Shown in pieces: positions 12,553 through 26,200 of a DNA stretch of 50,261 bases. The position numbers and the translations under genes were made by a program. Position 1 is the stretch's first letter. Each line of letters opens with the position of its first letter. The stretch covers positions 1 through 50,261 of the forward strand of contig NMRA01000109.1 of assembly GCA_002633005.1 (NCBI GenBank), written 5' to 3'. This DNA is from Phoronis australis (lineage: Eukaryota; Animalia; Phoronida). The notes under the pieces were generated by a model, which worked only from the letters and a program-made list of their open reading frames with translations, was not told the origin of the DNA and did no database searches.

Positions 12553-13925
12553 TTTTATGCGCCCACATATTTATATGTGTGTGCATATTGCCGTCATCTC
12601 TGTACGGGCGTCCGCGGCTGTAACTCCTAAAATCCTTGCAGGATCTTATTGATATTTAGCAGGTGTGTTCCTATGAGGTTGACGACATGAGACGACGAGT
12701 TTTGAACCGACCCGAATACCGCTGTGCCTCCCAGTGGCAATTTTATTTTTTTGCGTTTGCCTCTGTATCTTCAAAGGCCCTCAATCGATTTTCATGAAAT
12801 TTGGCACATAGGCATCTATTTAATGAGATGACGCTATGCTTCCGTTTTCGAATCGATTCGAAGTATTTTGCGCCATCCAGTGGCCATTTTTAGTATTTTC
12901 GAGTCCGTTTTTAGGCGTCCGCCCCTCTGTCAACCAAACCACTCTAAAAATGATTGCGAAAATTGTCATGTATGTTCTTACTATGAAGAGGACGTTTGAC
13001 GATGATTTTCCGACGACTTCGGCTACTGTGGCGCCTCCTAGAGGCAGTTTTGTTTGTTTTTGCGCCCATGGCCGTATCTCCTAAACGCTCTCCAGGATAT
13101 TTATTAAATGCACCAAATGTGTTTGTATGACGTTGACAACGGACGACGACAACTTTCGGACAGATCGGATTACAGCCGTGCCCCCTAATGCCAATTCCTC
13201 AATGGATTTCCATAAAATTTGGCACACAGGCATCTATTATTGAGGTGACGTTATCCTCTCGTTTTCGGATGGATTTGAGGTATTTTGCGCCACCTAGTGG
13301 CCATTTTTAGTGTTTTCGAGTCTGTTTTTTGGCGTCCGTCCCTCCATCAACAAACCACTCTAAGGATGATTGTGAAAATTGGCATATATGTTCTTATTAT
13401 AAAGACAATTGACGATGTTTTTCCGACGACTTCGACTACTGTGGCGCCTCTTAGTGATAGTTTTGTTTTTACTTTTGTTTTGCGCCCAGGCGTGCCTGTA
13501 TCTCCTAAGCCCTCTGTAGGATCTTTATTAAATTTAGCAGGTGTATTTATGTGAAGTTAACAACGGAAGATGACTACTTTCAGACGGGTCCGACTAACAC
13601 TGCCCCCCACTCGTAGGATGATTGTGAAAATTGGCTTATACAATGTTAGTGTGAAGAGGTCGATTGACGATGATTTTCAGGCTTCAACTACTGTGGAACT
13701 TCCTAGTGGCATTTTTTCGCCCTTAGCTGTATCTCCTAAGCCCTCTGCAGAATGTTTATTAAATTTAGCAAAGTGTATTTATATGACGTTGACAACGGAA
13801 GACGACAACTTTAAGACGGATCCGATGAATGTTTTGTGCCCTAGTGGCAATTTCATTTGTTCCGTTTTGCAAGTTATTCCAGAGAGTTAAAGAAACGTAG
13901 CGTATCACTGAAATAACATTTCTTG
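12553..13925 (+). mobile_element. Non-autonomous Helentron/DINE-1-like element carrying a ~150-bp satellite array
   Basis: Starts TTTTATGCGCCCACATAT with an imperfect palindrome (ATATGTGTGTGCAT). About nine diverged monomers follow (12620-13870), then an end resembling the subterminal inverted repeat and terminus (GCGTATCACTG...TTCTTG). Confidence 0.6.
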
Positions 13926-14264
13926 AGACACGTCATTGCCCCCTACATGCGTTTTATTTGTGAAAAAAATGTCTGCATATCGATGTAACTATGATTCCTT
14001 GGTATAACCTGAAGTAGAGAAATCCAATCACCCTCCGGAAATTGGGTCCGTGCAAATGCATAGTTCGATCTCCGGCTTCGGCCTCCCAAGCAGTGGTGTT
14101 CGAAATTTTAATAGTTAACGACTAGTCGAGGTCGAGGAAATTCCACCAAATTTAGCCGAGTGAGCATTTTGGAACCATTTTTGTGCGGACCTACACTAGG
14201 ATAAACTAGCACTGACAAAAAATGAGCTCCTCTACATGCCCAGACTGAAAACGTTTGGACAGAG

Positions 14265-14407
14265 CCAGGTTTAATAAAGTTAAATATGGCAGACTTGCAC
14301 GATATAGGTGTAAATGAATGACACCGCGGTGTGTATTTACGACGCAGTTTTAGAGAGAGAATGCACTATTTTCAATTTTTAGTTTGACAACGACACAAGA
14401 TAAAGCG
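14265..14407 (+). mobile_element. Second Harbinger-like fragment (transposase start)
   Basis: Homologous to 3055-3176. ATG at 14286 gives MADLHDIGVNE*HRGVYLRRSFRERMHYFQFL. Confidence 0.55.
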
Positions 14408-14410
14408 TAG

Positions 14411-14529
14411 CAAGGGTGGATCCCTGATTTTCATATTGGGGTGGGGGTCGAATCGAGGATTTTTTAAAGGGGGTGTCCAATTTAAGTCAGCCGGGGTGCG
14501 AACCCACTGAACCCTTGCATCCGCCGATG
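14411..14529. mobile_element. Short hAT-like MITE
   Basis: Degenerate TIRs CAAGGGTGGATCC ... GCATCCGCCGATG around a G-rich core. Confidence 0.5.
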
Positions 14530-14730
14530 CGTAGACTAGTACGTGTTGCAGGGTGTTCTCCGGATTTCTCAGTATACGTCTGGTCGAGCAGGGCGTCATC
14601 GTCGTAAGCGCTTCTGGTCTGACGGAAGACGGCATCTTTTGATTCTTCAGACTGAGTTCTACCTTCACTAGTCCCCGATTTAAGTCAGTGCATGGTTTAC
14701 CTTTTGAGGACCCTGGCAAGGACATTGTTG
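14530..14730 (-). pseudogene. Fragment of an unknown protein family, paralogous to 44760-45400
   Basis: SGTSEGRTQSEESKDAVFRQTRSAYDDDALLDQTY.../ENTLQHVLVY aligns with SGTN*GETRLEGYEHAVFNPGRSAWEDDDAFLDQSY...DCLQNVLVC. Confidence 0.55.
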
Positions 14731-15999
14731 TTAGGGTCTCCTCTTGTGCAGCACAGGTCGTCTAAACGCACTTGAAAACGTGCACGTATTCAGTCATACA
14801 TATATTTCGAAAAATCGAAAAAATTTGTAAAGCTAAGCTTTGGCGGAGGGTACTAATTTAATGGGTTTTTTCAATTCAATAAATCAATTTTGTGAATGCA
14901 ACACTATATTTTTCCTGCGTATTTTCTAATTTATGCAAATTTAGATATTTTCCTATTTAGGGTCCCCGCACTTGAAGGAGGCCATATTATTAAGGTGTCC
15001 CATTTCGGACGGGACCCTCGCTAAGTGGAGCAGTTTGGAGGAAATGTCCCTTTGTTCCTTTATACATGTAAATCCAACACTTCCTCGTATTCAACAAGGA
15101 AGTTTAGATTCCAAACTCACCAAAAAACACCAAACATAAGTGCCCAACACAGCGGTATCTAGACATTCGACCCAAACAACCAAAAATGTGAAGAAAGTAC
15201 AATAGGTTTGACCGCCATCGAAAGGGTAGAATTTTGAAGAACATGAAAACCACTGTGAATTATACTATTTCCGATGGCTATTTATAAAATAAATTACAGT
15301 TTCCCATGGTTTCACAAGTTTTAACTTAAAAGTATCTCTTTTGAAGATGGTTACTATGAAGTCTTGCTTGTAAGGAATTCCCACTGCGGCTGTCTAGTCA
15401 ACTATTTGTGATGACCGTGTACATCTCGAAAGGGATACTCAAAGAACTCTCGCAATTATAACCAATAATTTCAGGGGTTTTCTTTTTCAGTGGACTTCAA
15501 AATTACCCCATGAACCGTTATAGGTACCCCTGAAGTGAGCAAAAATACACCTTACGGTAATACAAATGTCCAATCTCCCATTTTCTCCCGGTTACCCGTC
15601 AAAAATCTGAGAGCATGCTCGTGGAAGTTTTGATAAACAAATTCGTTGGTTTCTGATTTACTTGTTTTTGTGTATCTACAAAAATTCATAGATTCATACA
15701 TGTACATGATTTTTGAATATTGCAAGCTAATCTTGTAAGAATTATATAATTTAATTGCAGCCTGAATTTGGAAAACTCTATTATCCTATCCCCTAATATT
15801 AAAGTACACTTAGACGATTTTTGCCTATCTAAAATAACTCTCAAAGTCATTGGGGGAAATTCAGAATCAGAAACCGTCGATCGAAAAAAGTTTTAAAAAT
15901 CCTTAAATAAATTAAATTAAGCTCATTGCTTATAAAGCTTGTCTTTGTACTTCCTTGGTGTTTTTAGTGACCAGTAGTATTGAGCAATGAATTTTTGTT

Positions 16000-18830
16000 C
16001 TTCAAACTGAATTGTTTGCTTGCCCAATACCCGTGCACGTCATGACTGACGCACCCACGTTAAACAATAAGATGTAACCATGCAGTAGGCCAGAGCAGAA
16101 TCTCAATGATCCTCGGGAAATGAACTCCAGGCGTTGAAGTATGTACATTTGTGGGAAACACTCAGTATCATTCTTCCCAACCACCAGAAACTGGACGACC
16201 GGTCGTGTTTCTACGAGGGATTTTGAAACAGCCCAAAGGTATTATAATAGGCACCTCGGTACCTCAAATTTTCAAAAAAAAATCCAAAGAATGGCATAAT
16301 GAAATGAAGTTGTCCCAAAACTGTATCACAATCTTGAATAAAACGAGTCTTGACTTAAAGCAAGCGGTGGCGGCAAGTAGGAGCTGTCTAGTTCATCGGG
16401 AATTCCGTGTAGCTACTTGAGGAAGCTCCCTCCTTACCGGTCAGTGTACATGTCCTAGGCCTATTCTTACTCTCAGTGTTTGTTCACGCTTACTGAACTC
16501 TTGATGGCTGCAATCCCAAGATTGTCCCCCACCTAGGACGGATGTGAGAGATTCGGCACAAATATGAATATGGTGCCATCGNNNNNNNNNNNNNNNNNNN
16601 NNNNNNNNNNNNNNNNNNNNNNNNNNNNNNNNNNNNNNNNNNNNNNNNNNNNNNNNNNNNNNNNNNNNNNNNNNNNNNNNNNNNNNNNNNNNNNNNNNNN
16701 NNNNNNNNNNNNNNNNNNNNNNNNNNNNNNNNNNNNNNNNNNNNNNNNNNNNNNNNNNNNNNNNNNCATAATCGTTGCTCAAGTTAGTCCGTTTCCCAAG
16801 GGTCATCGTTTTTGCCGTCATTGTCAACTGAGAATGGATTATAACACGTCCTCTGTTCTGTCAGGGCAATGTTGTGCAAATAGAAAAATGTTAAACCCAT
16901 TCCGGAATGCATAATAAGTGCGTTTTTGGGTTGAAGTACCTGTATGGTGAAAGGCTCAGGTTTTTATGTACTGATTGGGGCATTATATGGGCTGGTTGGT
17001 GCCCAGCATTATAATGAATTGAAAACCATCAGTTAGATCTATGAGCGTTTTCAAATCGGTCTTTGTGGGTCTTTTACGACCTTACTTCCAACGTGACATC
17101 AGGTCATTCGAAAAATATGTTAGGTATTGGACGAGATTTCACAGCACGTACTCTACAGTTAGTCAGAGAGGATTTCATCATGTTAACAATTCCAGCTCAC
17201 CTGTTCCTTCAAGCATAGAGAAAAAGAATCGGATTCTTTCAGTGTCGCATGCCCCCATAGTGTCCCAGCACCGTTCAATTTCTTTGCGCCCATTATGTGT
17301 TGTGGTTTCTACTAGAAACCCGTAACCTACTTTACGATGAGGTGAATGACGTTATTGTTAGCGCTTTTGCGTATACATGTCAGCGTGGAGTTTTCTACTT
17401 TGTGTCAAGCGATCAGTTTGGAGAACAACGGGCTATTAGAGTTCGTAAGGCTAGTCTCAAAGGTGCATCGTTATCACCGGACTTATACTCAGTCGCGACT
17501 AACCTGGCAGATGCTTCGGTCTAGGTGTATACGATTCAAAGGATGTCTCCAATAACAATCAGGTAAAACTCAAACAAGATGAATAGGCAAGACAATTAAG
17601 ACGGATTCAAAGAACAGAAGACGAATTGCAGAAGAGGAAGAAAAAATATCTTTCATCCATGGTCGTTTGCCCTCACTTCCCTGTTGCTCAATCTTTCTCT
17701 GGGCCGGTGGCGGATAACTAAGCGGCTAGACGTTTCAGAATCCATATTCGTTGGTGAAAGCATTGTTTCTTTGGTATGATTCCTGTCGACTAGATTTGGA
17801 AACCCAGTCGAAAAGAAGAAAAAACTGAAAGGTGACGTAAAAAGATCGATTTGTCACCACACGTTGTTTGTAAGAATGCTGATGATTTATCACCAGGCAG
17901 GAAGACACGAGAAGAACTTTGCTTAGCGTTGTCATCGTAAGTCGATGAGTTTGGATACTTGCGTAAATACCTATTGACAAGTCGACTTGACGAATCCATG
18001 GTAGTCCTGCCCAATCCAAACATCGTCATTGTCGATGCTCAACAGTTATTATGAGCTGATGAGGAAACTACAAAATACCGTCAACATTGCAGTCAATAGT
18101 CGACTGCCTCCCAGAGACGCTTTTATAAGAAATGTAAAAAGCAACGACTTATGTCACCAGTGCTCTCGTCATATTTCAGTTGTAGACTACTGTTATGATA
18201 TCTAGTTTGATCATTACGAAACTGATTTTACCATGTTAGCTGACCATCCTGATAACGCCATTAGATTACTCGCTGGCCGACAATGACGTAATCATTATCG
18301 ATGTGGAGCCCAAGCGGTAACAGAAATGTTTAGGATATTGTGCATTTGAAGAGATTTTAACTGGTAAAATCACCGGTGTTGGTGTGAGCGAGTGTCTGAC
18401 AGACAAGGGTGAGAATTGGCGATTTGTTGTTAAGCAGTTTTTAAAGTAAAGTTGAACGTTGTGATATCCTCAAATATTGGAACAGAAACATTGTTAATTT
18501 TGTCAATGGTATGACAAGAGTTGAAATTGTTAAAACTGGAGAATTTTTTTACTTTCCAGTTATCGTTTTGAATGTTTTGCCCGTAGTCATTATCCTTATG
18601 ATTGTCGTCGCTGGGTGCGTACTGACCAGGGTTAAGAGACACCCCGAGAACGAAAACGAGGCAGCAACGAAACAGGAAGTATAGAAAGATCCCTCTGCTG
18701 ACTTGAGCCAACTAACCGTTGCTGATGAAGGCTCCTGATGTAAACAAGACAAACGTGAAACAAAAAACCGTTACTAAAGGAGTATCGGATCAGGATGATA
18801 TGTTTTCTTGGCACAAAGAAAACAAAGTTT
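16000..18830 (+). pseudogene. Long decayed, CpG-rich, intronless coding-like tract of unknown family
   Basis: Long near-open frames broken by stops and shifts, e.g. YICGKHSVSFFP...LGTSNF...S*LKAS; HNKCVFGL...RNLLYDEVNDVIVSAFAY; RDAFIRNVKSNDLCHQC. I recognised no TE or host domain. Confidence 0.4.
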
Positions 18831-21800
18831 AGACGAATGAAAGCATGTACATGTATAACAGTAACGTATGTAAATATATCGTTTGATATAAATTTTGCAA
18901 TTTTTAGGCTATTCGGTGTAGCTTTTCATTACCTGAATTTGTTCTCCTCTCATTCCTCTTTCGTGGCATTTAGCATAGATGAAACACGACACGCTTCACA
19001 CCTTGACAAGCTGTTCTGTGGAAAACATAATGCACATGGGAGTAAAATTCACTATGCGACTTCGTTTCGGGTATGACAGCATGCAATATCTGAACCGTAA
19101 ACTATAATTTTGGGTGAAGGGTTCAGTCTTTGTAGTCGAAACCAATCAAAAAATATTTTAAACATATTTCGGTCTACTTTTCCGTAACTCAATATAAGTG
19201 CCTATTCTCCGCTTGTCTGAGTAAACTATGATTTATCTGAGTGGTTGTATAATCATTGATGACTCACACGTCATGACCTCAGCATTAATATTATACGTTC
19301 GGGTATAAGCTCAAAATTTAAGGACTTTACTTGAGTTTGTAAAGCGAATCTTGCCGTCATTAAGTCCGAACTTAGGCAAAACACTGAGCAGCATATACCA
19401 TAAACTTACTCCGAGATTATATGCATCTATTGGCCATATGTTGTAAGCGGAAAATACAATATCTCATTGGCTTTCATTTTCCAAGAACCATTATTGTTGG
19501 TTTATGTCTTCTTTTAGTTTTCATTACAGGAAGCATTTTCCTATACACATATTGATGAAAGCTGTAGTCGCGCTACAAGTAAGTGGACTGTGATAACGGT
19601 ATTGGAATGTGTTTATATCCTTTAGTTACATAATACTCTATCCTGTTGTTGTTTGTGGTTTACTGGTTCCTGTTTTGTAGTCAATACTGTATTAGTCATA
19701 TTTTTTCTAGAGCCTAATGACTTCATGTACATTTCTGTATATATTCTATTAATTGTTGTTATCAATACACTTTTAGTTCGACAGCCAACCGGGCAGAATC
19801 TGTTTTATTCACGGCATTTCATAGTAGCAGAGCAAGGTTAAAATATCTTCAATTATTAGCTACAAGAACCCCCCTAGGTTTGGAAAAACTATCGCAGTGG
19901 AAGCAAAAGATAGAACTGTGGAAGAGGGTAACTGATTTGCCTTGTAAAAACAGGGCTTAGCGGTGAGTTTAACTCTCACAGGGAGAGCGCGGGAAACTGC
20001 AATGCAACTGGAGGCCACGGACCTGGAGAAAAAGGACGGTCTAATAAAACTAGTGGAAGAACTAGATAAGGTCTATCTTAAGGAGAGCAAGGACTATGCT
20101 TATGAGGCATACAAAAATTTTACACCTTTATGCATAAGAACGGTCAGCCAATTAGTGATTTTATTTGTGACTTTGACGCCTTAAATAAGAAGTGTCACAA
20201 ATATGACATGTTTTNNNNNNNNNNNNNNNNNNNNNNNNNNNNNNNNNNNNNNNNNNNNNNNNNNNNNNNNNNNNNNNNNNNNNNNNNNNNNNNNNNNNNN
20301 NNNNNNNNNNNNNNNNNNNNNNNNNNNNNNNNNNNNNNNNNNNNNNNNNNNNNNNNNNNNNNNNNNNNNNNNNNNNNNNNNNNNNNNNNNNNNNNNNNNN
20401 NNNNNNNNNNNNNNNNNNNNNNNNNNNNNNNNNNNNNNNNNNNNNNNNNNNNNNNNNNNNNNNNNNNNNNNNNNNNNNNNNNNNNNNNNNNNNNNNNNNN
20501 NNNNNNNNNNNNNNNNNNNNNNNNNNNNNNNNNNNNNNNNNNNNNNNNNNNNNNNNNNNNNNNNNNNNNNNNNNNNNNNNNNNNNNNNNNNNNNNNNNNN
20601 NNNNNNNNNNNNNNNNNNNNNNNNNNNNNNNNNNNNNNNNNNNNNNNNNNNNNNNNNNNNNNNNNNNNNNNNNNNNNNNNNNNNNNNNNNNNNNNNNNNN
20701 NNNNNNNNNNNNNNNNNNNNNNNNNNNNNNNNNNNNNNNNNNNNNNNNNNNNNNNNNNNNNNNNNNNNNNNNNNNNNNNNNNNNNNNNNNNNNNNNNNNN
20801 NNNNNNNNNNNNNNNNNNNNNNNNNNNNNNNNNNNNNNNNNNNNNNNNNNNNNNNNNNNNNNNNNNNNNNNNNNNNNNNNNNNNNNNNNNNNNNNNNNNN
20901 NNNNNNNNNNNNNNNNNNNNNNNNNNNNNNNNNNNNNNNNNNNNNNNNNNNNNNNNNNNNNNNNNNNNNNNNNNNNNNNNNNNNNNNNNNNNNNNNNNNN
21001 NNNNNNNNNNNNNNNNNNNNNNNNNNNNNNNNNNNNNNNNNNNNNNNNNNNNAACACCGTCATTGTCGATGCTCAACAGTTGTTATGAGCTGATGAGGAA
21101 ACTACAAAATACCGTCAACATTGCAGTCAATAGTCCACTGCCTCCCAGAGACGCTTTTATAAGAAATGTAAAAAGCAACGACTTATGTCACCAGTGCTCT
21201 CGTCATATTTCAGTGGTAGACTACTGTGATGATATCTAGTTTGATCACTACGAAACTGATTTTACCATGTTAGCTGACCATCCTGATAACGCCATTAGAT
21301 TACTCGCTGGCCGACAATGACGTAATCATTATCGATGTGGAGCCCAAGCGGTAACAGAAATGTTTAGGATATTGAGCATTTGAAGAGATTTTAAGTGGTA
21401 AAAGCACCAGTCTTAGTGTAAGCGAGTGTCTGATAGACAAGGGTGAGAATTGGCGATTTGTAATTAAGAATTTTTTTAAGTAAATGTAACAGAAGTTGAA
21501 CGTTGTGATATCATCAAATATTGGAACAGAAACGGTGTTAATTTTGTCAATGGTATGACAAGATTTGAAATTGTTAAAACTGGAGAATTTTTTACTTTCC
21601 AGTTATCGTTTTGAATGTTTTGCCCGTAGTCATTATCCTTATGATTGTCGTCGCTGGGTGCGTACTGACCAGGGTTAAGAGACACCCCGAGAACGAAAAC
21701 GAGGCAGCGACGAAACAGGAAGTATAGAAAGATCCCTCTGCTGACTTGAGCCAACTAACCGTTGCTGATGAGGACTCCTGATGTAAACAAGACAAACGTC

Positions 21801-23234
21801 AAACAAAAAACCGTTACTAAAGGAGTATCGGATCAGGATGATATGTTTTCTTGGCACAAAGAAAACAAAGTTTAGACGAATGAAAGCATGTATAACCGTA
21901 ACGTATGATATAAATTTTGCAATTTTTAGGCTGTTCGGTGTAGCTTTTCATTACCTGAATTTGTTCTCCTCTCATTAATCTTTCGTGGCATTTAGCATAG
22001 ATGAAACACGACCCGCTTCACACCTTGACAAGCTGTTCTATGGAAAACATAATGCACATGGGAGTAAAATTCACTATGCGACTTCGTTTCGGGTATGACA
22101 GCATGCGATATCTGAACCGTAAACTATAATTTTGGGTGAAAGGTTCAATCTTTGTAGTCGAAATCAAGCAAAAAATAGTTTAAACATATTTCGGTCTACT
22201 TTTCCGTAACTCAATATAAGTGCCTATTCTCCGCTTGTCTGAGTAAACTATAATTTATCTGAGTGGTTGTATAATCATTGATGACTCAAACGTCATGACC
22301 TCAGCATTAATATTATACGTTCGGGTATAAGCTCGAAATTTAAGGTCTTTACTTGAGTTTGTAAAGCGAATCTTACCGTCATTAAGTCCGAACTTAGGCT
22401 AAACACTGAGCAGCATAGACCATAAACTTACTCCGAGATTATATGCGTCTATTGGCCATATGTTGCAAGGGGAAAATACAATATCTCATTGGCTTTCATT
22501 TTCCAAAAACCATTATTGTTGGTTTGTGTCTTCTTTTAGTTTTCATTACAAGAAGCATTTTCCTATACACATATTGATGAAAGCTGTAGTCGCGCTACAA
22601 GTAAGTGGACTGTGATAACTGTATTGGAATGTGTTTATATCCTGTAGTTACATAATACTCTATCCTGTTGTTGTTTGTGGTTTACTGGTTCCTGTTTTGT
22701 AGTCAATACTGTATTAGTCATATTTTTCTAGAACCTAATGACTTCATGTACATTTCTGTATATATTCTATTATTTGTTGATATCAATACACTTTTAGTTC
22801 GACAGCCAACCGGGCAGAATCTGTTTTATTCACGGCATTTCATAGTAGCAGAGCAAGGTTAAAATGTCGTCAATTATTAGCTACAAGAACACCCCTAGGT
22901 TTGGGAAAACTATCGGAGTGGAAGCAAAAGATAGAACTGTGGAAGAGGATAACTGATTTGCCTTGTAAAAACAGGGCTTAGCGGTGAGTTTAACTCTCAC
23001 AGGGAGAGCGCGGGAAACTGCACTGCAACTGGAGGCCACGGACCTGGAGAAAAAGGACGGTCTAATAAAACTAGTGGAAGAACTAGATAAGGTCTATCTT
23101 AAGGAGAGCAAGGACTATGCTTATGAGGCATACAAAAATTTTACACCTTTATGCATAAGAACGGTCAGCCAATTAGTGATATTAATTGTGACTTTGACGC
23201 CTTAAATAAGAAGTGTCACAAATATGACATGTTT
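18020..23234. repeat. ~2.2-kb duplication across the large N gap (about 18020-20214 vs 21054-23234), likely allelic
   Basis: Near-identical copies on either side of the gap at 20215-21052, including the copia LTR, PBS and gag start. Confidence 0.85.
19439..20214 (+). mobile_element. Duplicate copy of the copia 5' end (LTR 19439-19821, PBS 19822-19839, gag start)
   Basis: Near-identical to 22461-23234. Confidence 0.75.
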
Positions 23235-26200
23235 TAGTCAGATGCTGTTCTTGCCTTCAAGCTTCTGGATGTGGCAAATCTGAACAAAAACCAGAAGCAA
23301 ATGACACTAACGGCTTGTACGGACTTAACGTATGAAAGTATGAAATCGGCACTTCGGCGAATGTTCGGAGAATATGATGTTAAAAGTGAGGCATCAGAGG
23401 GCGTTGCGATAAAAGATGAAGTCCTCTATGGGAAGTGGAGGAGAGCTCCACACACATCCAAAACAGATATGACACAGAGGGGAACGAACCCATTAAACAA
23501 GTATGGCCGAAGAACATCCTGTAGGATCTGCAATTCTGTGTTTCATTGGGCTAAAGACTACCCGGAGAAGAAACAAAATCACGTTGATTGGTCACTGGAC
23601 AATGACATTGTTTTGCTTACAGAAACCAAGAACTATGCTATTCTTGACACGAGGTGTTCAAGAACATTATGTGGGCAAAAATGGCTGGACACTTATCTTG
23701 AGAGTCAACCTGAAGTTGAAGTCGAAACAGTTCCCAGTCAGAGATAGTTCAAATTTGGCTTTGGGAAGAATATCGTGTCAACCAAGGCAGTAACGTTGCC
23801 AGCGCAGACTGGGGACACTGTATGCGAAATTAAAGTCAAGGTAGTTCCCGTTGACGTTCCACTACTGCTGAGCAATGAAAGTCTAAAGAGGGCTGACACA
23901 AAAATTGACCTAAATGAGAACCGAGTCTCAATGTTCGGTCAAGATGTCCCTATTAAACATTCATCATGTGGACACATGTGTGGATAACAACAGCGTGCCA
24001 CAGAAAGAAGAGGCTGCAGAGGGTGAGCTTTTCTTCTTAGATGATAAGAATTTGAGTGTTAGAAGTAAAAAATGCTCATTAAATTACACTGTCAATTTGG
24101 CATGCTACTTTTGATAGAATTAAGCAATTGATGAAGTGTGCAGGTGTCAATGATGAGAATGTGTTTACATTGTTGAACTACGCTATCAAGAAATGTGAGA
24201 CATGTCTAAAACTCAAAAAGCCAATTCCTATACCAGCTGTTTGCTTGCCACTTGCAAGTGATTTTAATCAGACTGTGGCAGTCGATTTGCACCAGTTGGG
24301 TCCAAATTTGTGGTATTTACACAACATTGACGAATCCACACGCTTTAGTTCCGGGTGTATAATGCATAGTATGAAAGCAAAATGTGTTTGATGACAATTT
24401 CATTAAGCATTGGATCAGTATTTTTGGGGAACCTCAACGATTGTTCAGTGATAATGGTGGGGAATTCAATAATGATGAAGTGAGGGACGTGGCAGAGAAT
24501 TTCAATATAGAGGTACTGACCATCCCGGCGTATTCCTCTTGGTCTAATGGTACTCTAGAAAGAATCAACATGACGTTGACTGATATTCTGGAAAAATTGA
24601 AATCAAGTCATAATCTTGATTGGGAAACAGCATTTGCATGGGCCTTAAAGGCTTAAATCCATTGCACAATACATATGGTTTTAGTCCATTCAGCTGGTTT
24701 TCGGGAGGAATCCAAATTTGCCATCAGTTTTGACTGATAATCCCCCTGTATTGGAGGGCACGACCATGAGTGAGAAAGTTGGTAATCACATCAATGCGAT
24801 GTATGCAACAAGAGCTGCTTTTGTTAAAGCGGAAAGTTCTGAAAAGATTAGAAGAGTATTAAAGAAACAAACACGATCAGTTACTAATTCTTGTGATACT
24901 GGGATAGAGACCTGTTTTTTCCGAATGGAAGGGTTCTGGCCTTGTTATTGGAAGAGATGATCTAGTGTTATTGTCAAACATGGGGCTTTTATTGTGAGAG
25001 TTCTTGAAATCAGATTACAAAAGGCTATCCCTGAAGTGTCGGCTAATGATGGTCATGGGGGCGAAAACGATGTTCAATTAAAGGATGCAAAATTGGCTGA
25101 ATTGGAAGGTTGGAAACAAGACAATGCTCATAGTGAAGTGCCAAATGAAGGTCATCAATATAACTCCACGAAATGTGTGGGTACTCTTAAAATTCACAGA
25201 TAATGGCGCGGTTTCAAAAGCCCGATTAGGTGCTAGAGGGTTTGAAGAATTTTAAAATCACGTTAAAAAAGATTCATCTACATGTGCGCATGAGTCATTG
25301 CGCTTGATTGTTGCAATTTTGGCCATGAAAAACTGGAAAATGAATTCAATGGACATTGCAGGGAAATCCTATTGACAGAGAAATATACATCAGACCCCCC
25401 AAAGAAGCAAATACAAACAGTAAAATGGCGATTGGAAAAATGCGTATGTGGCCTAAACGACGCTTCACTTAATTGGTAATTTCGGGTTAAATCAGTCATG
25501 TTAGAAAACGGGGGGCAGATGTCAAAGGTGGATACTGCTGTATTTTACTGGATGAATGATAGAAATGAGGTCTATGGTATATTCGCATGTCATGTTGATG
25601 ATTTGTATGGGGAGGTACAGAAGAGTTTGAGAATGTTATTTCTAGAATTAGATCAACCTTTAAGGTTGGCAAAAAGAATAGTGATGCATTCAAATACTGT
25701 GGGATTAAATGTTGTACTGTAAAAGACATGCTGATGACAAACAAGATTATTGACAAGGCGTAATCAACAGATATCTCTCTGAAGTATCATTAGGACGGGC
25801 CATTGACTTGTGCATGGCTTTGTTCAGTGACGCTGCCTTGGGCAATTTACCTGACGGTGGAAGTCAAGGGGGTTGTTTTATTGGTTTGATAAACAAATCT
25901 TGGAAAATCACACCTATTTGGTGGAATTCTAAGAAAATCAGACGGGTAGTTAGAAGTACATTGGCAGCTGAAACCTTTGCCATGACAGAAGGCATTGATG
26001 TGTCTCTCTTCATAATGACACTTTTAGGTGAATTGACTTGTAGGACAGCAGATTCTACTGTTGTACAACTGGTACGTTTTACTGATAGTAAATCATTACT
26101 TGAGGCAATTAAGTCAGAAAAGTTTCTAACATAGAAAAGGCTTCGAATGGAAATCAGTGGTATAAAGGAACTCCTTGAAAACAAACAGATTAAAGATATT

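Noticed and set aside
12620-13870. CRISPR-like array
   Set aside because: Whole monomers are homologous, with no unique spacers and no cas genes, in a eukaryotic context.
18430-18711. Secreted or env-like protein (hydrophobic N-terminus, N-glycosylation sequons) on the minus strand
   Set aside because: The second copy (21476-21754) is frameshifted in a T-run, and the opposite strand looks equally coding-like. There is no supporting domain.
16441-21239. Long ORFs at 16441-16914 and 20130-21239
   Set aside because: They are artefacts of translating N runs.
6218-23234. Real tandem duplications of the kringle exon and the copia 5' end
   Set aside because: Each pair is joined at an n or N-gap and differs at allele-like levels, which is typical of uncollapsed haplotypes. 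Read depth would confirm.
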